64,000 bases of DNA from an uncultured virus (IMG/VR IMGVR_UViG_3300026257_000004) (IMGVR_UViG_3300026257_000004); one strand, 5' to 3'. Shown: positions 1 through 10,193, counted from the first letter of the stretch. Made by a program: numbers and translations. The notes: a model not told the origin generated them from the letters alone.

Positions 1-885
1 GGCTGTTGGGGTGGGCGAGGCAGGCGCGTTAAGTGTTAGGAATGAAAGGTAAATATGAGCACCTAATGTGAACTTTGTGAGCAAAGGTGCGAAGCTCAAA
101 TTGAGCGATTGAGCGTAGCGATTGAGCGAATCATTGTTACATATAAGGTGTGTTATGCTAAACGAAATAGGTGAGATCCCTGTCAGGCATTAGATTTGAC
201 CAGGGAAGCGAGGCGCGATGCGGGGCAGCGGAGCGATGCGGCTCAGACGCGGCGGTGCGTGGGATAACTGTTGTCAGCGAAGGCTAGGCGTGGTTGCAGC
301 GCGGTGCGGGGCCCAGCGTGCGGTGCGTGCTAGATGCGTAACATCCGCGTGCCATGGTGGACTTAAGCAGCGGAATGCACGCAATTGTTAACACGTAATT
401 AACAGACGTACCCCCTCCGCTTACAGCAGAATCGGGGGCACTTACAGACGACGCAGCGACGCGGCCACAGCGGCGCGGTGCTTGACGCATACATCTACGC
501 ATTCGTAGACAACAGAGCGAGGCGAAGCGATGCGAGCGGAGCGCTGCATGCGCGGCCACTCACGCTTGCTACGCAGGTAACGCAGCGAGGTGCGAGCGAA
601 GCGAGCGCCGAGCGGGGGCAAGCCTATGTGCATGTGCCTCTTCTTTTTTTGTTTAGCGCCCATCGCAAAATGCGAGGGGTGTTTGATGTATAGCGCGCGG
701 CGCAGCATTTTTAGGGACGACCCCGCGAGAACTCATAGGGAACAATAAGGAGAGCTTATATGAATCGAAAGGCTTAATTTTGCCCATTTTTTCACTATTT
801 TTTGGCAGTTAAGTCCTTCCGCGAGAGATGCGGATAATTTGAAGTATTTAGAATTGTTTTATATAAGTATTTAGCTGGCAGTTAA
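1..885. other. GCG/GAGCG-rich non-coding region with A/T tracts; possible genome end or packaging-initiation region
   Basis: ATTGAGCG x3 (100,108,121), many GCG/GAGCG units, T tracts at 640-655 and 778-803; ORFs here look spurious. Confidence 0.45.
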
Positions 886-2907
886 GTGGCCGAAATTTCA
901 AGAGAAGAATATTACAGACGATTTGGCCGTGGGGAAGCACCACAGGCGCGATCAGTCCCCGGCCTTCCTACTCCACAGGAGAATTACAAGTACACCACGC
1001 AGCAAATTGCTGATGAGATTGCTATCCAAGAAGAGCTTGCCGATGCAATGCAATCTCGGCACGATTTAGGTAGAGATCGGGATCGAATGGTGAAAAGGGT
1101 CGACATGAGAGACCCTTCAAAAGTTCGATATTCCAGGAGTTATGGCCAAGGTGGCTTTGGTGCTGGACCACGCCAAACGCAGCGTGAACAGGCCGCAGCG
1201 GTCGCTAAAGGCATTTCGCGCCAGAATCTTGCGGATGCTGCTGGTGATAACTCAATCAATGCTCTAATTCTCAAAGTTAGAAATGAAACAGGCGTAGAGC
1301 TTTCGGGGCCTGAAGCTAAAAGATTTGGGGAATATCTCTCTGTTCCTGGAATGACGACAGAAGATGCTCTTTCAATCGTTAAACAGGAGTCTTCTGGCGC
1401 TAAGACCGTGTCTCCGCAATTAGTTGAAAGCATGGTGGGGTCTGGAGAGATTCCTCAGAGTCAGATCGATCAGGCGATGAATCGACTAACTAGAGGCATG
1501 GATCGCTCTGGTTATGCGGATATTGACGTTATTGAGACTGTTTTAGAGAGTTTGCCGCCTGAACAGCGCAAAGAGGTGATGGATACCTTCACTCCTCAGG
1601 AGTTATTAAGGGTGGTAAGTGAAAGTGAGGGTGCAGATATCGCCGCAATGACTGGAGCCAAGAAGCGCGGTGGAGCTGGAATGATCGATCCGTACCTAGT
1701 TCCTGTCTTAATGGCCAGTCCTACGCAGGAATATCAGGGCGCAATGCAAGTTCCTGTCGTAGGAGGCGTTTTCAATGAGCAAGGAGTAGCAGACCCAAGA
1801 GGTAGGAGAGGGGTTCTGCTTGATCCGACCACCATGGAAGTGGTGATGCTGGACCCACGCGCTGAATTACCCCTTGATGTAGCTCAATCGATGGGCCTTA
1901 TGAGGCAGAAGACCTTGGCCCAGAGCCAAACCGGTGCCCGTGACGAGGCTGTCGGCGCTCCAACACGCGAAAGGAATCCATTAACCGGCGAAGTTCACGG
2001 ATTTAGGGCGGCAGATGACCCATCAATCGCCCGAACTGGCTCTGTTTTTGGTTCAGTACTGGACCCTCGCACTGCGGACGCGGAATTAGCGCCAATGACG
2101 CTCGGCGGTGCTATTCAGAACATCATGAATCGCGGAAAAACCCCTATTAAGGACTATTCCGATGACATGGTTGGGATTATTGAGGTGCCCGGCAAGCAAG
2201 GCTTCCCGGAACCTGTCCACGTTTTGCTCGATGCAGCGGGTAATCCAACCAATACACGGGTATATCCATTAAAAAATCAGCCATACGGACCTGAAGCGGG
2301 CGTGAAGTCTTACCGCGTTGGCCAGGATTACGGATATAGGACTGAAGTTATGGGTCAAGAGGCTGGATATAGGGAATTAGCCCAATTACTTGAGGCGGCA
2401 ACGGGTAAGCGATTAGTCGTCAACGAACGAGCCAGCGCATGGGACAAGGGAGTCGCAGGTGTTCAGCGTCGAATGCTTGAGGCTTCTACCGATCCGCGCA
2501 ACTTGAGAGGTCGACCCGATAAGCCTCTATCTGACATTGTGAGATTACTGGAAGGTGGAGCCGCCATGGCACCATCTGATGTTGCATCACCTCTAATGGC
2601 GCTAGACGACGGTGGCGTTTACTCGAGTATGGCCGGTCCAGAACTTAATCGCTTAGCGGCAGAGAGAGGAGCAATTGCAAGTCAATCGTCGAATATCCCT
2701 CAAACAGGAGAGATAAGGACATCTCAGACGTCGATGACGAACGCACCATTGCCAACCGATCCGCCAATTGCTTTGACCGATGACGTGCGAGCAACGATCC
2801 CAGCAGCTGCGCTAGCTAACATTGAAAAAGGAATGCAAGCCCCAGCAGGCAGTCCGTCTCGGAAAGGAGCGGAAGATTTCCTGCGCAGAAGGATGGCCAG
2901 GCGCTGA
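886..2907 (+). CDS. Hypothetical protein, 673 aa (possible virion/internal protein)
   Basis: Long GTG-start ORF preceded by TAGAAT (849); no recognisable motif. Confidence 0.75.
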   Translation: MAEISREEYYRRFGRGEAPQARSVPGLPTPQENYKYTTQQIADEIAIQEELADAMQSRHDLGRDRDRMVKRVDMRDPSKVRYSRSYGQGGFGAGPRQTQREQAAAVAKGISRQNLADAAGDNSINALILKVRNETGVELSGPEAKRFGEYLSVPGMTTEDALSIVKQESSGAKTVSPQLVESMVGSGEIPQSQIDQAMNRLTRGMDRSGYADIDVIETVLESLPPEQRKEVMDTFTPQELLRVVSESEGADIAAMTGAKKRGGAGMIDPYLVPVLMASPTQEYQGAMQVPVVGGVFNEQGVADPRGRRGVLLDPTTMEVVMLDPRAELPLDVAQSMGLMRQKTLAQSQTGARDEAVGAPTRERNPLTGEVHGFRAADDPSIARTGSVFGSVLDPRTADAELAPMTLGGAIQNIMNRGKTPIKDYSDDMVGIIEVPGKQGFPEPVHVLLDAAGNPTNTRVYPLKNQPYGPEAGVKSYRVGQDYGYRTEVMGQEAGYRELAQLLEAATGKRLVVNERASAWDKGVAGVQRRMLEASTDPRNLRGRPDKPLSDIVRLLEGGAAMAPSDVASPLMALDDGGVYSSMAGPELNRLAAERGAIASQSSNIPQTGEIRTSQTSMTNAPLPTDPPIALTDDVRATIPAAALANIEKGMQAPAGSPSRKGAEDFLRRRMARR

Positions 2908-2919
2908 CTCTAACTAGCC

Positions 2920-3159
2920 ATGAGTAATCAAAAACGTGAAGACGCTAAGGATCTCGCGAAAGCCTTCGAGAAGATGGATAAGCCTGCCAACAAAGGAGGC
3001 ACGGGCGGCACATTCACAGCGGCTGCAACAAAAGCGGGCCATCCTGACACACCTGAAGGCCGCAAGAAGTTTGCCAACGAGGTATTAAGTAACAAGGAGG
3101 AATACTCTCCTAAAATGGTTAAGAAGGCTAATTTCTACAAGAACATTATTTCTAAATAA
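2920..3159 (+). CDS. Small basic hypothetical protein
   Basis: 79 aa, Lys-rich, GTFTAAATKAG...KKANF motif. Confidence 0.75.
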   Translation: MSNQKREDAKDLAKAFEKMDKPANKGGTGGTFTAAATKAGHPDTPEGRKKFANEVLSNKEEYSPKMVKKANFYKNIISK

Positions 3160-3195
3160 GTCAGGCTAAGATGGTCATAAATACTGGGGATTCGT

Positions 3196-3531
3196 GTGAC
3201 GTATAGGGGGCTTAGCGCGGACGAGGCTGCAACAAGATATGCGCTCCTACAGTCAATTAAAGCGAAGGCTGCCACAGGCGAAGTCCCTGTATTTGGTGGG
3301 TACGACCAAGGCAGCCCATCTAGGCAGCCTGACCCAGAACTTGGTACAGACCGCTTTGCTGGTGATGCACTGGGAAGCCTGGGACTAAATGGCAAATTTG
3401 GTCTAGCTACTGACCAGAAAGAAAATCAAGATTATTTCAAAAAATACACTGAGCGACAAGAAGGTGGCCCCTTTGCCTTGATGCCGATGCCGCCACCAGA
3501 GGGTGGTCCACCGCCACCGGAGACGGCCTGA
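3196..3531 (+). CDS. Hypothetical protein
   Basis: ORF coupled (TGATG) to the next gene. Confidence 0.65.
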   Translation: MTYRGLSADEAATRYALLQSIKAKAATGEVPVFGGYDQGSPSRQPDPELGTDRFAGDALGSLGLNGKFGLATDQKENQDYFKKYTERQEGGPFALMPMPPPEGGPPPPETA

Positions 3532-4067
3532 TGTCTGTCTTAAGGTTTGCAATGCATCCCAGGGTTTTGAAACTATTGGGTGCTCTAAAGAAATCTCCAC
3601 TAGTTCCTCAGGGTGCTGGTGAATGGGCGTGGCGATTTGGTCCTGAAGCCGCTTACGCAGGATTTTCCGCACTCAGCGCCCCGGAAGGTACGTCATTGGG
3701 ACACAGGCTTGGAATCGGACTAGAAGACGCAGGTATTGGTATTGGCGCTTCAATCCTTGGTCAGACTGCTGGCTTGGGTCTGGCAGGCGGGATTGCTCGC
3801 GCTCGTCGGATGACCCCAGCCGCCACAAAGGCTTTACAGCGTCAGGCTGTCAATGTTGGCGATATGGCGTTGCAGTTGCCAGTGAACTACTACGCGCCTA
3901 GACCGCTGCTGGAAAGTGCGTATGAAAACGCACAGACAAAGGCATTAGCAGTGGAGGAGGCGAAACAGAGGGAACAGCAGGAGGCGATGATCACTGCTCT
4001 GCTGGGAGGTGGAGCAATCGCTGGCAGAACCCTTTCATCCCCTGATCTCTTAACTCGTCTCGGATAA
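3531..4067 (+). CDS. Hypothetical Gly/Ala-rich protein with hydrophobic segment (putative internal virion/ejection protein)
   Basis: GIGIGASILGQTAGLGLAGGIA segment; stop/start coupling. Confidence 0.7.
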   Translation: MSVLRFAMHPRVLKLLGALKKSPLVPQGAGEWAWRFGPEAAYAGFSALSAPEGTSLGHRLGIGLEDAGIGIGASILGQTAGLGLAGGIARARRMTPAATKALQRQAVNVGDMALQLPVNYYAPRPLLESAYENAQTKALAVEEAKQREQQEAMITALLGGGAIAGRTLSSPDLLTRLG

Positions 4068-5305
4068 TGGCAGAGGTCCCAGCAGATTGGAGAGAGGTAT
4101 TTGGCCAGGCTTTTAGGGCTAGTCCCAAGCGATACGCCAATGCATTGCGATTCGGCGATTACGAGAACAGTCCTGTCTACGACATGTTGGCCAGTTCTCC
4201 AGGACTTAGTTATCTAAGACAGCACCTGCCACAGAACCTTGGTGCAGCACTTCCGAATGTTCGACTACCGAACGCCGTTAGCAATATTCCCCTTGGTGGC
4301 TACAGCGCAGAAGAGGTAGAACATTACGCCGAAGCCAGGCGCGCAGATCCTGATCTCAGGCGATATACGGTTCAACGTGGTTATGTACCTACACCTGGTT
4401 TGGATAGTGAAGTCAAGATTGGGAATAACTTCAAGGCTGGAACTGCACAAGCCGCTGGTGTCGTCGCTGCTGACATAGCGACCGATGGTGCACGCAACAT
4501 CTGGTGGTTCTTGAATGCTCCACAAGCCTTGAGCATGCTGGCATCTCAGCAGACAACTAATCTTGCTAGCCGGGAATTCACCGGTCGCGTGCCGATGATC
4601 AAGAATCGGAACATGCGAATGGCCGCCGCCGTACCTTCGTGGCTAGGTATGTCATTGGGTATTGGCAACTTCTCCAGGGAGCCTGGATATAAAGCCGTTG
4701 TCCCAAGCGAGGAGGATCCCCGCGAGACCGCTAATCCCTTGGCAGAGGCAGGCTCGAGATATTTTTTGGGCCGTGCTGGCAAGTTGCTGCCATACGACGA
4801 ATTCGCTAAAGAGCGACCTAATGTCTCAAGAGCTGAGTACAACGCTTACAAGGGATATTTGTTCGGAAACCAGTGGCCACTTAAGGCGACGATGGATGGA
4901 ATCCATGGCCCAGAGATTAATTTCATGGGTAAGACGATTCCAGCTACGACAGCATTATTGCCCGCCGCTGCTGGCTTGATTGGTGCGCGGCATGGAATTA
5001 AACGAGCCGGTAAATATTTACGGGATACAGGTGGATTTGATCGCCAAAAATTAGCTAGAAATAAATATGAAGGAATTCGCCGCGAGGTCGCATCTGAAGT
5101 CGGCAGGGATGAGGCGATGAAGAATCCACAAGTGCGTGAGGCTTATAAGGAACTTGCTAAACAAGAAGAGGCTAATGAACTTGAAACTCTGAAGAGAGTT
5201 CTCGGATGGAGTGGTGGCGCTATCGCAGGGGGTACTGGTGTTGGCCAGGTCCTAGAATCAATAAGACGATCAGGCGGCTCTAATGATTATTTAGAGGAAG
5301 TATGA
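4067..5305 (+). CDS. Hypothetical protein, 412 aa (putative internal virion protein)
   Basis: Long coupled ORF with Gly-rich hydrophobic segments. Confidence 0.75.
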   Translation: MAEVPADWREVFGQAFRASPKRYANALRFGDYENSPVYDMLASSPGLSYLRQHLPQNLGAALPNVRLPNAVSNIPLGGYSAEEVEHYAEARRADPDLRRYTVQRGYVPTPGLDSEVKIGNNFKAGTAQAAGVVAADIATDGARNIWWFLNAPQALSMLASQQTTNLASREFTGRVPMIKNRNMRMAAAVPSWLGMSLGIGNFSREPGYKAVVPSEEDPRETANPLAEAGSRYFLGRAGKLLPYDEFAKERPNVSRAEYNAYKGYLFGNQWPLKATMDGIHGPEINFMGKTIPATTALLPAAAGLIGARHGIKRAGKYLRDTGGFDRQKLARNKYEGIRREVASEVGRDEAMKNPQVREAYKELAKQEEANELETLKRVLGWSGGAIAGGTGVGQVLESIRRSGGSNDYLEEV

Positions 5306-5751
5306 GTTTTAAACCAGTTCCAGGATATAGCCGTCAAGCTTCTCAATTTAACACCACCTTTTTAGGCGGAATGCCTCAGAGACAGATGGCACTCGAGAGG
5401 GCGCTTGCGTCTAAAGCATTGAGAAGTAAAGCAGTCATGGAAGGTGCTGAATTAAAAGCTGATGCCATGGAGTATGCAGGGAAGCAGGCTGGCGATGCTG
5501 CGAAATGGGGAGGAATTATGAGTGCTGTTGGTTCTATAGGTAAGGGCATAGTGGGCGGACTCGGCAATATGGGGGGTGGCGGTCTTGGGGATATGGATGC
5601 ATATGCCACAGACCATGGCATATCTACAGGGCATGCCACAGCGATTCACGACGGCGGCACTTTCTGGACTACGGATATGCCAGTAAACTCATATATACCC
5701 ATTCGTCCTGGCGCAACAGACAACCAAATCTTTGGAACTCCTACTTGGTAA
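5302..5751 (+). CDS. Hypothetical Gly/Ala-rich protein
   Basis: ATGA overlap; helix plus Gly-rich hydrophobic stretch. Confidence 0.7.
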   Translation: MSFKPVPGYSRQASQFNTTFLGGMPQRQMALERALASKALRSKAVMEGAELKADAMEYAGKQAGDAAKWGGIMSAVGSIGKGIVGGLGNMGGGGLGDMDAYATDHGISTGHATAIHDGGTFWTTDMPVNSYIPIRPGATDNQIFGTPTW

Positions 5752-6185
5752 TGGCAAATACTTTTTCTCTTTCACCTGAAGAATTACTAGCTTTCAAGAG
5801 AGCTAAGGAGCAGGATTCGGCTGCATCGATTGGAGACTTCTCCCTTGCAACGACTCCGCAGTTATTGGCACAATCCAAGGCATACAGCAACAGCTTGGAC
5901 CCTATGAAGGGAGGTGGTTTCGACATGTCTCCTATCGGAATGGATCCCGCTGTTCAATCAAACGTAGGAACTCAGGGCATCTTGGGAAGCAAATTAGCGG
6001 AAGAGGAGGCGCATTTCAGAATGGCAGGAGACGCTTTAATGGCACAGGCCCAAGTAGAGGCAGCAAAGCGTCAAGCAGCGGCGCAAAGGTCTGCCGCCAA
6101 GAGCAAGGCTCAAGGCTCGAAAACGGGAGCCATTATTGGAGCAGTTGGAAGCGTTGGTGCGGCTGTTGTGGGCGGACTGATCTAA
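5751..6185 (+). CDS. Hypothetical protein with C-terminal Gly-rich hydrophobic helix
   Basis: TAATG coupling at 5751; C-terminus GAIIGAVGSVGAAVVGGLI. Confidence 0.7.
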   Translation: MANTFSLSPEELLAFKRAKEQDSAASIGDFSLATTPQLLAQSKAYSNSLDPMKGGGFDMSPIGMDPAVQSNVGTQGILGSKLAEEEAHFRMAGDALMAQAQVEAAKRQAAAQRSAAKSKAQGSKTGAIIGAVGSVGAAVVGGLI

Positions 6186-6226
6186 GGGTGTAGTTACGTT
6201 TTAAGAGCTCTTATTGGTGCTCTTAG

Positions 6227-7036
6227 TTGTTAGATAAACTCGAACGTAGCCATCAGATTATTGAGTCTGCACGAAGGCATTTCGACTCGACAATGGTGGC
6301 CTGGTCTGGAGGAAAGGACAGCATGGTCCTCCTTCATATTTTGAGGTCGGTTGGGATCGATCGACCGGTGATTTTCTTTCGCGAGCCATGGCAGCCAGCG
6401 AAGTATGAATTCCAGGAACGAATCATTCGTGATTGGCAGTTACTAGTTCATACATGGCATCCGTATGACACGGCGATGCAGCAAGAGGATGATGAGTTTG
6501 AAGTACAAAACTGGTATCAGATCAATGGCTCTCAAATAACCTGCCCCACAGGTATTGTCGAGCCAGTGGATGATCTCCCGTGGGTCTGCGGACTGGAGGT
6601 ATTGCATAGACCCAGACAAGATCAGTTGGTAGTTGATCAAGTCGATGCGATCTGGATAGGACACAAAGGTTGTGACGCTGACCCGATTCTTGGAGGAGAC
6701 GCTGGTACTCGCATCGAGACAAGGGTCCTTCCGTCTGGTCTCACATCGTTGATATTCCCATTAAGGGATTGGTCTCATGCAGATGTTTGGGAATACATGG
6801 AAAAGAATGATGTTCCTTTCGATGAGGACCGTTACGAGAAGGTTGACGGTGAATGGAGAGAACGGCCAGCGAAAAGAAAAAATGCTGATTACGTGCACGC
6901 CTGTACTCTCTGCTTAGATCGACGACCAGAAGCTCCTAAGTATGTTGAATGTCCAATGTTGGATATGACGATTGAGAATATCTCAAGCAGAGTGGCATGG
7001 TCGCCCCAAGAGAAGGAGACTTATATGTATGACTAG
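6227..7036 (+). CDS. PAPS/APS reductase-family (PP-loop adenine nucleotide alpha hydrolase) protein
   Basis: VAWSGGKDS PP-loop; FPLRDWSHADVWEY motif; C-terminal CxxC...C. Confidence 0.85.
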   Translation: MLDKLERSHQIIESARRHFDSTMVAWSGGKDSMVLLHILRSVGIDRPVIFFREPWQPAKYEFQERIIRDWQLLVHTWHPYDTAMQQEDDEFEVQNWYQINGSQITCPTGIVEPVDDLPWVCGLEVLHRPRQDQLVVDQVDAIWIGHKGCDADPILGGDAGTRIETRVLPSGLTSLIFPLRDWSHADVWEYMEKNDVPFDEDRYEKVDGEWRERPAKRKNADYVHACTLCLDRRPEAPKYVECPMLDMTIENISSRVAWSPQEKETYMYD

Positions 7037-7090
7037 CTATTAATTGTTGATAACAACTAGAATCTTTCTATAGGCTTATTGTGAAAAGTT

Positions 7091-7816
7091 TTGGCTCCAT
7101 ACAGCAATAATTGGCAGTCCGACATCCTCGGCGGGGCGCTTGCGCCGATTCAGCCTCCATATACGCCGGACCCTGCCAAGGTGATCAATATTAAAACCAA
7201 TCAGCATGTGCCCGGAGGCGGTAGTTGGCGTCTGCCTAAGATGCCAAGACTTGCCATGAATCCAGAGCTAGGGCAAGCACTGAGGAAAGTAGGAGTCAGA
7301 GGAGCCCCCGCCTTGGCCACAGTGATAGCCCTGGCTGATGCTGCTGGTGAACTCGCAGACTCTGATGATCCAATGGGACGTAACTTCTCTGAAGCTGGCG
7401 GCCAACTTGGTGGACAGGCTGCTGGTGCAACCTTGGGCGCAATACTTGGGCTTCCATTGGCGCCTTTCACGGCTGGATTAGCGCCTGTGATTACTGGTGG
7501 TATTGGCGCCATGCTCGGTGGTGGTCCAGGGAAGCAGTTGGCTGGTGGAATCTATGATTTGGTGACTGGATATAAACCGTTAACAGCTGAAGATAAAGCT
7601 CGTAACGAGCTAATGGCGAATGAGCGGACAAATATGTTGCTCACTGAGGAAGCGATGAGAATTAAGTTGGCCGATGATCTACAAAGACAGCAGGCGTTGC
7701 TAGAAATCAATACCGCTTACAACTATCAGAACGCTCTTAATGCACAGCGCGCTGCCAATGTTGACGCAGACAATCAAAGATCTGCTGCAATGCAGGCTTA
7801 TCTCATGGGACTCTAA
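7091..7816 (+). CDS. Hypothetical glycine-zipper protein (putative ejection/membrane protein)
   Basis: GAILGLPLAPFTAGLAPVITGGIGAMLGG followed by a helical tail; TAGAAT upstream. Confidence 0.7.
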   Translation: MAPYSNNWQSDILGGALAPIQPPYTPDPAKVINIKTNQHVPGGGSWRLPKMPRLAMNPELGQALRKVGVRGAPALATVIALADAAGELADSDDPMGRNFSEAGGQLGGQAAGATLGAILGLPLAPFTAGLAPVITGGIGAMLGGGPGKQLAGGIYDLVTGYKPLTAEDKARNELMANERTNMLLTEEAMRIKLADDLQRQQALLEINTAYNYQNALNAQRAANVDADNQRSAAMQAYLMGL

Positions 7817-8466
7817 TGCCATTTACTCCAACAGTTGCTGCTAATTACGCCGCAAATTGGCGTCCAGTGGGTAAGGTCCCTGGCTACGAGGGTGTAAAGA
7901 GTGATTTTGTCGCCAAGGAGTTAATGGCGCTCCCCGCGCTGCAATTCGCTGCAGAGATGAATTTAGTCCAGGAAGCCTTAGGGGCCAAGGCTGATCTCAT
8001 TGAGCGGAAAATGATCAATGAGAATGTAATGGATCAGCTGGAATTCCAGCAGGCAGCACAAAATAAGGCCAACAAGAGAGCATTAGCCGCGAAACTTTTA
8101 TCCGGGGGTGCTGGGTCGAAAGGTATTAAAGCAAAGGATCCCAGAGCTGAGCAATTACTAGATGAACAATATAATGATGCCTTGAGATCTTATCAAACTG
8201 GTAGGCGACCGTCTTCGACTGGTTATATACCTAATGACGCTATTGATGCGTTGAAAGTTCTCCAGCAAATGGAAGCCAAGGAGGCTCCGCCCACGTTTTC
8301 GAGCTCTTCGGGAACTACTGCTTCACCAGAGCTGCCTAACGTGATGTCGACTCCTGGAAGCAGGCTGACTCAGCTAATTAAAGAGAATCCTAAGTTAGCG
8401 GAAGAGTTGTACAAAAAAAGTCTTGGCCAGGATGTCACTGTGCCGGAATTACCTAACCTTAAATAA
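7816..8466 (+). CDS. Hypothetical protein
   Basis: TAATG-coupled ORF, helical composition. Confidence 0.7.
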   Translation: MPFTPTVAANYAANWRPVGKVPGYEGVKSDFVAKELMALPALQFAAEMNLVQEALGAKADLIERKMINENVMDQLEFQQAAQNKANKRALAAKLLSGGAGSKGIKAKDPRAEQLLDEQYNDALRSYQTGRRPSSTGYIPNDAIDALKVLQQMEAKEAPPTFSSSSGTTASPELPNVMSTPGSRLTQLIKENPKLAEELYKKSLGQDVTVPELPNLK

Positions 8467-8478
8467 ATCATTAAACCA

Positions 8479-8958
8479 ATGGGCGTTACTATTCAAGGCC
8501 TTGTCGAGAGGATGGTCGAGCAAGGTAAAAAGAAGGGAAAGACTAGAGCTGAGATTGAGCAGGAATGGGTCAATAGGTTGACCGACGCTGGGGCGACTAT
8601 CAACGAGAGGACTCCTTTAGCTAATCAAGAGGACCTAGATATTCGTAATACTCAGAGAAAAACGGAAGTTGGCCTTACGGATTTGGAGCGAAGGTCTACA
8701 ACTGATGCGAGTAGGTATGAGTATGACCAAGTAATCAGTCCGGCCCAGCTCGCAGCGCATCAAAGGAAGTTGGAATTGCTTCAGCAGATGCAACAGCCTC
8801 AGCTGGATACCACTCTCAAGCAGGAGCAGATCGGCACAGATCGATTAAAGATGCACATCGATGCTGAGGATCGTCGTCAGTCCGCCGCGCTTCAAGCACA
8901 GCAAACGCAGAATATAATGAATCTGATCGGAGCTGGATTGCTAACTTTTATAGATTGA
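8479..8958 (+). CDS. Hypothetical Gln-rich protein
   Basis: ORF within operon. Confidence 0.7.
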   Translation: MGVTIQGLVERMVEQGKKKGKTRAEIEQEWVNRLTDAGATINERTPLANQEDLDIRNTQRKTEVGLTDLERRSTTDASRYEYDQVISPAQLAAHQRKLELLQQMQQPQLDTTLKQEQIGTDRLKMHIDAEDRRQSAALQAQQTQNIMNLIGAGLLTFID

Positions 8959-8962
8959 AATT

Positions 8963-9505
8963 ATGTCATCTTTAGCCTATAACTACGGCACGGTAGCCGG
9001 AAAAATGTATAACGAGGGCATCCAGAACCTCGTTGATCTTGGCAATAAATATTCAGGCAATGAGACGATCGGTGGCATGGTCGCTGGATCTCTCGCGGAT
9101 ACATTCAGGACCCAGGCCAATACAGGCCAAGCATTGGCATACAACAATGCATTCCTAGGTAGCCTTGCCAATTATCAGCAGGGAATGGAAAACCTGAGGA
9201 CAGGGAACACCATGAAGCTGATGTCTGCAGAGGGTCAGATTGCAGGTAACTTGATGGATAAGCAAGGGGGATGGCAAATTAAAGGAATTCAGGAGAAAGG
9301 TAGTCAAGAGCGCTTGAGTCTCGGAGTTGCTGGTGAAGAGCAGCGGAAGGGCATGGTTACCAAGGGGCAGCAGGATCGGCTAGGAATACAAACTGCCGGA
9401 CAGCAGGAAAGATTGAATATTTCTGAGCGAACTAATCAAGAGCTCAGGGCAAGGTCTGATGCGAGAGGCGCCATTAGATCTACCGGTCGCCGCTTCTTCG
9501 GCTGA
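8963..9505 (+). CDS. Hypothetical protein with 11-residue G.[EQ][EQD]R repeats (pilot/ejection-like)
   Basis: GSQERL/GEEQRK/GQQDRL/GQQERL at 11-aa spacing. Confidence 0.7.
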   Translation: MSSLAYNYGTVAGKMYNEGIQNLVDLGNKYSGNETIGGMVAGSLADTFRTQANTGQALAYNNAFLGSLANYQQGMENLRTGNTMKLMSAEGQIAGNLMDKQGGWQIKGIQEKGSQERLSLGVAGEEQRKGMVTKGQQDRLGIQTAGQQERLNISERTNQELRARSDARGAIRSTGRRFFG

Positions 9506-10014
9506 TGCCATTAGACGCTAAGGAGCAAATTCAGAAGTTCCTTTCGGCGCTCGATCACAGTCATCGTGAGGGCTTTTTAAGTTACGTCGAGAACACCTAC
9601 TCGATCTATGAGATTTGGGTGTATGCCAGCGTCTTGGGGTATGACGGCAGCTTCTCAGCTTTGCATCATTGGGTTCAGGATAATTATCCGAAACTCAATA
9701 GACGTGAATTGATGTTGGCGGAAATCGTTAAGCTCGAGGCTGATATTGACTATTTAAGGCAGCAGGTTCACGCTGACCTCGTAAAGCCTGACGCAGCCGC
9801 TACACGCATTGCTCATCTATCTAAGGAATTGCGGGGGCATGTCGTAGAGGTTGAAAGGATGACGAAGGGCGTTGATCGTCGTGGATTGATATTGGCAGGC
9901 GCTGATCGAGTGATGAGGGAATTGCGCGCTATTTTCAAAGGGAACGACGATGTAACCGATGCGTTGGACCTAGCCTATGAATCGGTCTGGGCGGTTCTTG
10001 TTGATGAGCGGTAA
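9505..10014 (+). CDS. Conserved-looking protein, possible terminase small subunit
   Basis: Helical 169-aa protein just upstream of terL; positional inference only. Confidence 0.45.
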   Translation: MPLDAKEQIQKFLSALDHSHREGFLSYVENTYSIYEIWVYASVLGYDGSFSALHHWVQDNYPKLNRRELMLAEIVKLEADIDYLRQQVHADLVKPDAAATRIAHLSKELRGHVVEVERMTKGVDRRGLILAGADRVMRELRAIFKGNDDVTDALDLAYESVWAVLVDER

Positions 10015-10171
10015 TTCTCTAGCTTCAAAAGAGGACGTTGAGAAAATGATCGACGCTGCTATGGCGAGACATAACCGCAACGCAACTCTTGTCTCGATGG
10101 CAATTGGTTTTGTCTTGTTAGGTTTCTACGCAGATGGAGTGTTTCGTGTTGTCGAGAGATTATCTACATGA
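10004..10171 (+). CDS. Small membrane protein, cyanophage-type (MIDAAMARHNRNA + TM helix)
   Basis: Likely start at ATG 10004; one TM segment. Confidence 0.65.
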   Translation: MSGNSLASKEDVEKMIDAAMARHNRNATLVSMAIGFVLLGFYADGVFRVVERLST

Positions 10172-10193
10172 GTCAGGAATGAAGGGGTGATGT

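Noticed and set aside
284..708. Three ORFs in the left-end region
   Set aside because: Arg/Ala/Cys-rich translations explained by GCG-rich DNA; mutually overlapping and without RBS
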